Assembly: GCA_028534125.1 (NCBI GenBank)
Contig: CM052816.1
Coordinates: 18,168,001-18,232,000, forward strand
Reading direction: 5' to 3'
DNA length: 64,000 bases
From: Lama glama
Lineage: Eukaryota
Under the pieces are notes generated by a model. It did no database searches. It was not told the DNA's origin and saw only the letters and a program-made list of their open reading frames with translations. Both the position numbers and the translations under genes were made by a program. Positions 37,051-48,150 of the stretch are shown here, piece by piece. The first letter of the stretch is position 1, and each line of letters starts with the position of its first letter.

Positions 37051-40000
37051 CTGGAGCCTTCAGGTGGGATCCTGGCCCTGCTGAGGCTGATTGTTGCAGC
37101 CACTTTAGCAAACAGACTGTCTTGATTCCTAATTTTGCTCCTAGACCTGTTTCCATGCAAATTTACATCACACAGCCCCCCTACAGACCGAGCTGGAGTA
37201 AGCCAGCTATGCCTTAGCCTAAGGGGAAATTTCACTCAGCCAGACAGGGAAACAGTGTGGGTTCCATCTAGTCTCTGAAGAACATCTTTTCTAAATTCAT
37301 CCCCATCTCCCATGCAAAGCACTGTTAATAGGAATTGGAAAATTAAAACTAAGAAAGAGAGAAAAAATAATCCTGTTAAGGAATGTGCCTTGATTTATAA
37401 AACCTGAAACTGACTAGGCACGGGATATTTGCGCAGGTTGCATCCCACATTTTAAAGGTAAAAAGTTAACTCCCACATTTTAAGCCTTCTTAGCCTGTAA
37501 AACAAATACCTGTTTCCAGTTTGGGAGTGAAATTTATAACTGTAATCCATATTCCCCAGGTTCCTTTGCTGTCCTAGAAGAATGAAACTGATTTTCTGAA
37601 AGAAAGTAATTTTGCTTAACTGCTTTCCTATTTCTCCCTCAAAACATTTGTGGGCAAATAGGGCTCACACATGGAGTGCTTTATTTTGCTCTGTTTTCCA
37701 TTAATTCGGACACTGTCATGTTGTCTGGGGTTGCTTGCTATCTGTGGGAAGGCATGCTGACATGGTTCACACTCTGGCAGCTTTCAGATCAAGACAGAAG
37801 AGCATGTCCCATCCTCTCCAACAAGGCTCTCTGAGAAATGCTTTAGGGAAAAGGAGAGGAATTTACTGAGCTGTGGATATAGAACAAAAGTCAAGGCTGG
37901 GTCTGCCTCTGAGCCCAGAATGGATATACAATTGTCAGGGAATCGATTTCTGTCACTTGATCCTTCATTTCATCTTAAGCCACCTTTTATCATCACCCCT
38001 CTCAGCCTTTCTATCCCTGTTACATTGAGAGGAGAAAATAGTTATTTTCTCTGCTTCTACATTTCTTTCTTTAAGGAATGATTATCTTATTCTTCCCACT
38101 CACCACCTCTCTTCTCATTATTCTCAGCAAGTTCAACATCAAAACCTGCCTGAATCTGTCCCAGGAACTCATTCTTTTTCTGGAGAGTGTGGTTTCACAT
38201 GTACTGTGTGCTTCTGCAGCAAGCTTCAGGGCATACTTCTTGCTTAAAATAGCAGCCGCATTTAGCTGCAAGGCCAAAATCTGCATCATTTCCTTAACTA
38301 TGTCTTAATAATTTTAATAATATAATTATAATTTCCTCTGTGTGTGTATCATGTCAAATACTTCCACACTGTTTGCATCGGGCCTCCCACAATCTGGCCA
38401 GTACTCTCTTTAGCCTACATCTCTTAGCTCTCCTTTCCTATAGCCAGTTGCTCCCATCTCTTCTAAACACCCATTTATTTCTCCACTTGAAGCTCTTCCC
38501 CATGCTGCACTTTCTCATTCCCATATCTCTACCTGGAGGGGCTGAACCCCCAAGCCCCCCTTTCCCATGACAGCACTGTTCAGTGAAATCTGAGTCCTTC
38601 TCATAAGCCAGCTCAAGATGTGCCCTCCTCCAAGAAGACCTCCCTAAGCACCCATTACTCCCTGTAGACACAGAGTTCTGACTTCTGGCCCAAGGCCCTT
38701 TCCAAATTTACCTGGAAAGGCCACAATTTTGAAAGAACAGATTACGAGAAGGAGCCCCACTGTTCCTTGGAGCAAGACCAGTGAAATACATTTCAGTGCT
38801 AGATATTTGGAAATTGGGGTTTTTCATGCAGGAGATGGGGATGTGGCCCTTAGTGTGGCAGGTGGCATGTAAGGATACCCACAAACACAACAGACCAACT
38901 CACCTCCCTGTTGTAGAGGTGAGGTGAAGACTGATTTAAATTCAACAAATATTTATTGAGTACCCTTCATCCATGCCCTGCATTAAGCACTGGGGATACA
39001 AGGCAAATATCTACACTAGAAGACTGATAAATGGGCTAAGCAATTTGAGTTTATTTTCCTCCCTTATGATGAGTTAATGCAGTTTTTCTCAAACTTGGCT
39101 GTGCACCAGAATCACTGAGGGAACAAGATTTATGTATTTGTTTATTTATGCATTAGTTTTGAATTTCATTTTGTGGGAATAAATAATACAATCACTGGAT
39201 ATAAAGCCAAAAGACTGAAAAAAAAAATACAGTAAAAAGTATCTCTAGCACCACTATTCCAATCACCCAGTTTCCTTCCCTAGATACTTTGTCAATTTAT
39301 TTGATATCATTAGAGAATAGCTTAACTCTGCCTGTGCTCCCACCATAGTAATTAGGGTAGAAAGGTGATTGGGAGTTTGGAAGGGCACTTGAGCAGACTG
39401 CCCAAGCCAAGCATAAACTAGAAAGCCAGGCTTCAGTGACAGAGGTCAGGCCTATGCCTATAGGATCTAGGTAAGACCAGGAAATGACCTCCTGAAGGTG
39501 TCTGGAAAAAGGAGCTCCTGGGTGATGGTCTTCCCAAGTAGTCAGCTCCCCACCAAGTCCTCAAGATCTGTCCCCACTAAGCCCATCAGAATCCAGTGTC
39601 ATACATTCCTCCATCTTTCTTAGACATGGGAGTATCAATGCATCCATATCTGTCACTGTTTGACTCTATTCTGTGCTAGAACATGGACATCAAGCATGAT
39701 GGCAGAGCCTTGCAAATTAGAGCCAAACTGTGTTCTCTCTTTTATCTAGTAATAATACAATATGTACCTTCTGTGTACACAGATCAATGCATACAATACC
39801 TCTTTTAGTCCTCACATATTCCTGGGACATAGATACCATAAATACACAGGAGGCAGTATATAATAGGGGTTAAAAGTAGGGTGCATAGAGACAGGCTGCT
39901 AGATACAAGTTCTCATTCCTCCATATGAAAATGTAGAACCTAGGGCAAGTTACTGCAACTATTGGTGCCTCAATCTCCTCATTTAAAAGAGATAAGATGA

Positions 40001-40169
40001 ATGCAATATATTTTGTATGGTACCCAGCACATGGTTTATGCTCAGTTCATGTTACTTATTACTATTTTTGGAGAGAAATAATATCAACAACTTTTTTGAC
40101 ATCCAATATACCAGAAGCCATCTGAAATATCACTAAGCCAGGGGACCAGAAGTCAGTATTAAATGCAAG

Positions 40170-43100
40170 GTATAACAAATAGAATTCAACAGCACATTAA
40201 ACAGATCATAGACATGATCAAGTTGGATTCCAGAGATGCAACATATAGAAGTCAATAAATGTGATACACTACATTAACAGAATGAAAGCTAAAAATTACA
40301 AACATTTCAATAGATGCTGAAAAAGCATTTGACAAAATTAAACTTCCTTCTATGATAAAAAATCCACAACTGTGATACAAAAGAAATGTACCTCAACACA
40401 ATAAAGACCATATATGATAAGCCCACAGCTAGCATCATACTTAATGGTGAAAAGCTGAAATTCTTCTCTAAGATCAGAAACAAGACAAGAATGACGACTC
40501 TTAACACTTCTATTCAACATAGCACTAGAAGTCTTAGTCAGAGCAATTAGGCAAAAAAAAAAAAACTAAACAAATAAAAGGCATCCAAATTGAAAAGGAA
40601 GAAGTAAAATTTTCTCTGTTTGCAGATGGCATAATCTTATATACAGAAAACTATAATGATTCCACCAAAAAAACTATTAGAACTAATACATGAATTTAAT
40701 GAAGTTGCAGGATACAAAAGCAACATACACAAATCAGTTGCATTTCTTTACACTAACAATGAACTCTCAGAAAGAAAAATTAAGAAAATCATCCATTTAT
40801 TATAGTATCAAAAACAATAAAATACTTAGAAATATATTTTCTTTCACCAAAGAGGTAAAAGAAAGACCTATTCACTGGAAACTATTAAGATATTGATGAA
40901 AGAAACTGAAGAAGACATAAATAAACAGAAAGATATCCCCATGTCCATGGACTAGAAGAATTAATATTGTTAAAATGTCCATACTACTCAAAGGAAAATA
41001 AAGATTCAATTCAATCCCTATCAAAATTCCATTGATATTTTCACAGACATGGAAAAAACTATCCTAAAATTTGTATGGAACCAGAAAAGACTCCAAAGAG
41101 CCAAATCAGTCTTGAGAAGGAACAAAGGTGGAAGCATTACACTTTCTGGTTTTAAACTATACTACAAAGCTATAGTAATTCAAAACAGTATAACACTGAA
41201 ATAAAACTAGACACAGAGACCAATGGAACAGAATAGAGCGCCCAGGACAAAACCCACATATAAATGGCAAACTAATTTTGGACAAGGGTGCCAAGAACAT
41301 AGAGTAGGGAAGGGATAGTCTCTTCTATAAATGGTGTTGAGAAAACTGGTTATCTACATGCAAAAGAATGACACTGGACCCCTATCTTACACCACTCACA
41401 AAAAATTAATTTGAAATGGATTAAAGATTTAAACACAGTAGTCTCCCACATCCATGGTTTCGCTTTCCAAGGTTTCAGTTACCAATAGTCAACCACAATC
41501 TGAAAATATTAAATGGAATATTCCAGAAATAAACAATTCGTAAGTTCTAAATTCCACATTATTCTGAATAGCATGATGAAAACTTATACTATCTTGCTCC
41601 ATCTTACTCGGGATCCCAACCATCAACATTGTCCTCACATATCCAACATGTCCTCCTCACATCCAACCATCATGATTCAGTGACCCAAAAGCACCTGAAG
41701 CAGGTGATCCTGCTGATATATCAGAAGGTCAATAGTAGTCTGACACCATGTCACAATGCCTATACCATTCATCTCACTTTATCTCATCACATAGGCATAT
41801 CATCTCACATAAACACAGGAAGAAGAGTGACTATCATACAGTAAGATATTTGAGAAAGAGATAAATGACATTTACATAACATTTATTATAGTATATTACT
41901 ATAATTGTTCTATTTTATTATTGTTGTAGTTAATCTCTTACTGTGCCTAATTTATAAATTAAACTTTATTATTGTTAGCTATGTATAGGAAGAAACATAG
42001 TAAATACAGAGTTTGATAATATCCATGGCTTCAAATATCCACTAGGGATCTTAAAACATATCCTCCATGGATAATGGGGGACTGCTGTATAAGACTTGAA
42101 ATTGAAAAACTCTTAAAAGAAAGCATTAGGAAAAATTTCCTTGACATAGGTCTTGGAAATAATTTTTTGGATGTGACACCAAAAGCACAGGCAAGAGAAA
42201 GAAAAATAAGTGGGACTACAACAAACTAAAAAGCTTCTGCATAGCGAAGGAAATAACTGACAAAATGACAAGGCAACCCATGAAATAGGAGATACTATCT
42301 GCAAACCATATATCTAATGGATTAACACCCAAAGTATATAACAAACTGATACAACTCAATAGCAAACAAACAATTCAAGAATGAGCAAAGGACTGAATAG
42401 ACATTTTTCCAAAGATGACACACAAATGGTCAACAAGTACATAAAAACATGCTCAATATCACTAATCATCAGGGAAATCAAATCAAAACCACAGTGAGTT
42501 ATCACCTCACATCTGTTAGGTTGGCTTTATGAAGAAGACAAAAGGCAAGTGTTGTCAAGCATATTAAAAAAAGGGAAACTTTTTACACTGTTGATGTGAA
42601 TATAAATTGTTATTGCCTTTATAGGAAAATATGAAGGTTCCTCAAAAAATTTAAAATAGAACTATCGTTTGATCCAATAATCCCACTTCTGGTTATATCT
42701 CTGAAGGAAATGAAATCAGTATCTCCATATGCACTCATACGTTCACTGCAGCATTATTCACAAAGCCAAAATATAGAAACAACCTTAAGTGTCTGTCAAC
42801 AGATGAATGAATAAAGAAGAGTGGTGTGAAGAGAGAGACAGAGACATAGACAGAGGATGGAATATTATTCAGCCGCGATATAGAAGGAAACCCTGCCATT
42901 TGCAACAAAATGGATGAATGTAGATGACATTATGCTGAGCAAAATAAGCGAGACAGGAAAAGACAAATATTCGATGAGCTCACTTATATGTGTAATCCAA
43001 AAAAGAAAAAAAAAATCAAACTCGCAGAAACAGAGCAGAGAACAGAATGGTAGTTGCCAGGGGCTGGGGTTTGTGTGAAGATGCTAAACAACGGGTACAA

Positions 43101-43378
43101 GCCTTCAGTTGTAAGATGAATGAGTTCTGGGAATCTAACGTACAGTATGGTGATTACAGTTAATACATACATACATACATACTTAAAACTTGCTAAAAGA
43201 GTAGCGTGCTCTCACCATGAAAAAAACAGGTTGGGGTAACTGTGAGATGATGGATGTGATAATCAACCTGACTGCGGTAATCATTTCACAAAGTATACAT
43301 GTGTTAAATCATCACATGGTACACTTAAAAGTATATAATTTTATTTGTCAGTTATACCTCAATAAAGCTGAGGGAAAA
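40170..43378 (+). mobile_element. Mid-age L1 (L1MA8/9-like): RT region of ORF2 to 3' UTR, split by MER44
   Basis: atagatgctgaaaaagcatttgacaaa (IDAEKAFDK), ctgtttgcagatggcata (LFAD[D>G]) and many stops; ends cctcaataaagctgagggaaaaa. Confidence 0.9.
41436..42087 (+). mobile_element. MER44-type (Tigger7-derived) TcMar non-autonomous DNA transposon
   Basis: TIRs cagtagtctcccacatccatgg ... ccatggataatgggggactgctg followed by TA; internal gaaaatattaaatgg and ttactgtgcctaatttataaattaaacttt. L1 ORF2 continues on both sides. Confidence 0.85.
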
Positions 43379-43666
43379 AGAATGTTTTGAAAGATCCCCA
43401 AATAATCATCTTGCCCATTTATTCCCTAGGGTCCTGGGATTATAAGGATTCATGCACTGAATTCATAGCATCGCAGACCCAGGAGGGGCCTCAGAGATGG
43501 TCAGCCAGTCCAGGACCCTTGTCTTACAAGAAGAGAACTCGAGTTCTAGGGGGAGGGGACAGACTTAACCAGGTCAACAGTAGAAGAGTGTCATCAGCTA
43601 CACCTGCCACCTTTTCAGTCCTCAAACATAGCTCCTACACACCCGAGGGCCTCGGCACATCAACCC

Positions 43667-44068
43667 TGTATTAGATGCTCGGACTGCCGTAACAAAATAC
43701 CACCTACTGGGCGACTTAAGCAACAGAAATTTATAGTCTCACAGTTCTGGGGGCTGTAAGTCCACTATCAAGGTGTTGGCAGTGCTGATTTCCTGAGGCC
43801 CCTCTCCTTGGCTTGCAAGTAGTATCTTCTCGTGGTGTTTTCACATCTCTCCTCTGTGAGCCTGCACCCCTGACATCTTTTTGAGTATCATAACTTCCTC
43901 TTCTTAGAATAACACTTGTCGGGTTGGATTAGTACCCATCCCAATGGCCTCGTTTTAACTTAATCACCCCTTTCAAGGCCCTATGTCCAAATACAGTTAA
44001 ATTCTGAGGTGCTGGGGGATAGGGCTTCAACCTACGAATTGAGAAGGGACACAGTTAAGCCCATTACA
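43667..44068 (-). mobile_element. MLT1B-like MaLR solo LTR inserted in an L2 (L2 ~43590-44440, + strand)
   Basis: tgtattag...ctgccgtaacaaaataccac...caacagaaatttatagtctcacagttctgg...ccaaatacagt...gggacacagttaagcccattaca. Confidence 0.88.
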
Positions 44069-45220
44069 GCTCCCTGTATCAGGAATGCTTTTCGTGTTCA
44101 CTTAACTAACTCCTAATCATCTTCTGGATTCCAACGTACACATCACTTCCTTAAAGAAGCCCATCCTGACTGCCTCCTCACTGCAAAGACAAGCTCAGGC
44201 CCCTTTTAAGGCACATTTTTGGTACCCTTTTACTGTTACTTATCATGATTGTTAAGTACCTGTATACTTAAGAGGTATAAGTAGCTGATTCTCTTTTGCC
44301 TCCCTCCATGAGATTTTCATCTTCCACAGGGCAGGGGGCTGGTCGGCCTCGCTCACTGCTGCCCCCACAGAGCTTAGACAGGCCCTGGCACAGGCAGCAA
44401 CCCAGCAAATATTTACGGAATAAGCAAGTAAATGAATAAGGTCTTAAAGAAATAATTAAAATCATAGAACCCTCTTTGGAATGATTATTTTCAAACTTTT
44501 CCTGTTTTCTCACTTTTGCTTATAATGTCCCTGCTATAAAACACTCCTCAGGCCCAAAGCCTAATGCAAACAGCCTGCCCCACTCATTCCCCTTACCCAC
44601 AGCACAGTTTATTCTTTCTTCCTCAGAAATCCTGGAGCGCATTATTCATGCAGTTGGCTTCATGCTTAACCACAACTTACTAAGGGCAAGCTGTTAACAG
44701 GTTTATTTCCCATACAAACTTCACTTGAGCTATGACCTCCTCAAAGATCAAGACAGAGTTTCATTTAACTCTAAATCCCCAGCACACAGCATAATGCCCA
44801 GCATAATAAACAGTTGATGCTTTTTAGGAAGTAAGACACAACGACAGCCCGACTACCACAGATGGAGCCAGTTGGGAAAGTTGTGCAGTTCTTCTTAATG
44901 ATTCCAGAATCACTAAGGGGCCCTTGGCTGTTCTGCCCACCCCAGAGGCTTCAGTGGGGCGGGGTGAGACCCTCTCTGCATTTCTCAGAAACAGCTTACG
45001 GAGCTGGTTCTAAGGAAGAAGGGCACAAATGACTGAATATATCAAGTCTTCAAGACCATTTTCCTTAAAAGGAGGGGAAAAAAAGGCAAGAAAAGGGGAA
45101 AGTAAACCTGTGAACCCTTGGAATTAAAATTCTGGCAAGAACTGGCACTGGTTCTTTGGTCTCGGGTTACACAGACTGAAGCACAAACAACTGAGCTGGG
45201 CTGGAGGGACGGGAGGGGGC

Positions 45221-45286
45221 AGGGACCCAGCTAGTACAGATTCTCTGCAGTTTCCTGTGGCTTAGGCTCCTCATCTGCGACAGTGG
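45221..45286 (+). repeat. 66-bp dispersed direct repeat, copy 1 (copy 2 at 46993-47058)
   Basis: agggacc(c/t)agctagtacagattctctgcagtttcctgtggct(t/c)aggctcctcatctgcgacagtgg; 64/66 identical. Confidence 0.95.
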
Positions 45287-45699
45287 CGTAACTACACATG
45301 CTCAGTATCCCCCAGAAGCCTGGTGACATGCAGATGAGACATCACAAGAACAGAGCTCTTGGAAAGTTACAGAGCTTTTCCAGGTGTGCAGGTCCTTGTT
45401 TAGCTTCCGAGTGACTGGGAAATGAATATAATAAAATCAGAGTTCCAGAGAAGCACATATCCAGGTCTGACTGGCAGTGATACTGACACCTTCAAGTACA
45501 GAGCTATCTGATATTCTAGAACATCCTGAGGTTTGCAGAGACCCTGGTTTTTACAAAACTTGAGGACCTGTCCCTTCCAATTCTCCATCTCCAAACATGC
45601 AGGTACCCCTGCCTCTGATTATCTTCACCTTCCAGTGAAAAGCACTCTGTCCTATAGCCCTCCCCTTATCTCAACCTACAGGTAGAGCTGGGGACAGCA

Positions 45700-45930
45700 T
45701 GCCACCTGGTTAAACCATGGCTTCTGGGGTCACTCAGGCCACAGTTCAAATCCCAGATCTGCTGCGTATCAGCTTTGTGAGCTAGAGAAAGTATCTGATC
45801 TTCTGTCTCTTCTTCTTAATATGACACAATTAATAGGAGATATCCGGTGGGATTGTTGGGATGCTTAAATCAGATACTGCCCTGGGAGTGGCACAGGGTC
45901 TGACAAACAAAAAGTGCTTCACAAACCAGA
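45700..45930 (+). mobile_element. MIR SINE
   Basis: ggttaaaccatggcttctgggg...gttcaaatcccagatctgc...gggattgttgggatgcttaaat. Confidence 0.65.
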
Positions 45931-46992
45931 GCCCTGCTGTAGTACTGTAATCTCAACCAGGGTCAGATGCTTTCCTCTCCTTTGAGATTTGTTCTCTTGA
46001 TCCATTTTATCTTCTCCATTTCTCCTCTACGGACCTTCTTTTTCAACCCAAAGTGAACCCAATTCAGCTCCTGAATGACACCTCTTATTGAATTTCCTGT
46101 CCTGGGCAGTGAGCAACTTGGATAGTAGATACATTTCTTCACCCATATGAAGCTAAAGGATGAAGAAAACCAAATCCCCCTCTAAGAGTAGCAGTCCCTG
46201 ATAGTGAAGGAACTTCACTACAGACACCCCAAAGTTCAGGAAGATGCCACTTTCTCTTCCCTCCATAACCAAGTAAACCCAGACACTTTCCCTTTGTAAA
46301 GCATGCTCAGAAACTGCATAGTCAGGATTTAGGAGCTTCTGGCTCATAGTTCTCAATGAATTCCCAACTCAAGATTCTTTTATTTTTCTTAAGTAAGCAG
46401 CATAGTTATCAGCTGCGGGATATGAAATGGGCATGCAGAGTTACTGAAGCAATGAGTTGAGAAGTGCAAATGTCAAAGGCAAAAAGAAAACTGCAAATAT
46501 AGCCACAGACTTGAAAGTACAAGCAGCAGAAACAGCTGTGGGATAAAATGTCCTTGGAAAATAGCTAAGATGCTGATTCAGGATGCTGTCACTGGCAATA
46601 GGCATTGCTACCTGCAAGTCTCTTTCCAAATTCTGGCACATTCGTTTTGCTTTCCAAACAAAAGCTAGTTGAACAAATGAATGAATGAAATGTAGACAAA
46701 ATACGTATTTATTTTAATGATATAATTGGAATGGTGAAGCTGTAACAGTTTAAAAGTTATACTCTCTCCTCAAGTTCTATCCTTCGTGATTTATGAATCC
46801 TATATCATTCTCCTTTTTTAAGACGATTTTATCCAATGCCTCTCTGCTTCTAGTTACTATGACTATTGGGATGGTTGGCTCAAGACGATGCACTGATAAG
46901 GTAGAGACTTTTGTAAACTTTATGCTGGAACAAACTCAGAATGCCTCACTCCCCTATAAGATCATAAAACAGCCTCCAATGCTAGGTGATTA

Positions 46993-47058
46993 AGGGACCT
47001 AGCTAGTACAGATTCTCTGCAGTTTCCTGTGGCTCAGGCTCCTCATCTGCGACAGTGG
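46993..47058 (+). repeat. 66-bp dispersed direct repeat, copy 2
   Basis: Same sequence as 45221-45286 with 2 substitutions; offset 1772 bp. Confidence 0.95.
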
Positions 47059-47612
47059 TTTCCGTTTCTCTATTCATCTCCACCCCCTTGTAACTGTGAC
47101 ACATGTTCAGACACACCACACTATCGCATTTTTACATAAAATTACCATTAGTCTCAAGTTTTGTTCCGTTAAACCTCCTCACCTATCTCACTTCGTTCTG
47201 CTCCTTCACGTCTATGGTGAGCACTACCTATCGAGCCTCTTTCTTGATGGTCCTCATACACCCACGTCCTGAGTATTCTGAGCTCTGTACTGAGCGTCAG
47301 CGTGACTCAGGCTTCCATACCAACAGTGCTTGTCCCAAGTGCACTGCTCCTAGGAACTGCCTCTTCTTGAAACTGCCAATGATGTTTAAATGACTAAATA
47401 GGCTTTACTGATGATGAACCAAAAGGGGTAACATTTTCTTCCATGCTTGCCAATTAACAATACTACCTTCTTATCAGGGATCCATGAATATTGCAAATCA
47501 TCACACAGGCAGTTGTGAAGTGAAACTGCCCAGACCCAAGAAAGGGCTGACTTGTCAGCCTATGAGAGATGAACTTTTTCTGGAGAGATGATGACACTTT
47601 CTCCCTCTCTCC

Positions 47613-47644
<32 letters not shown>

Positions 47645-47779
47645 TTCTGCAAGATGAGATAAGATCATATGATAATTTTTATTTAATTTAGCTTCCTCTG
47701 GCATTAATAAGTTCTTTGCATATCACATTGACTAAATTTATGGTCCTTTTGGCTATGATTCTTAAAAGGAAATGTGGCG

Positions 47780-48150
47780 TGATGGAATACCACACAGAAC
47801 AACAACAAAACTAGTGTTACATACAACATGGATGAGCCTCACAGAAAAAAATATTGAACAAAAGAAACCAGAAACAAAAGAATACATTCTACATGATTCC
47901 ATGGTTAGGAAGTTAAAGAATAGGCAAAATAAATATATAGTGATAGAATTTACAATGTGGTTACCTCTAAAGAGGTTATCGGCTGAAAGTGGGAACAAGG
48001 AAGCTTTCTCAGGGTGCTTGAAAATGTTCTATATCTTGATCTGGTTGGTGGTTACACAAGTATGTACATATGTAAACATTTATTGGATTGTTCACTGAAA
48101 ATTTATACATTTAATTATATACATGTTATGCCTCAATCAAGAAGTTAAAA
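47780..48150 (+). mobile_element. Old L1M 3' end
   Basis: caacatggatgagcctcaca...atgattccat...aaatgttctatatcttgatctgg...tgcctcaatcaa. Confidence 0.75.

Noticed and set aside
46153..46641. Two in-frame minus-strand ORFs separated by two stops
   Set aside because: No recognisable homology and no convincing splice boundaries; compatible with chance.
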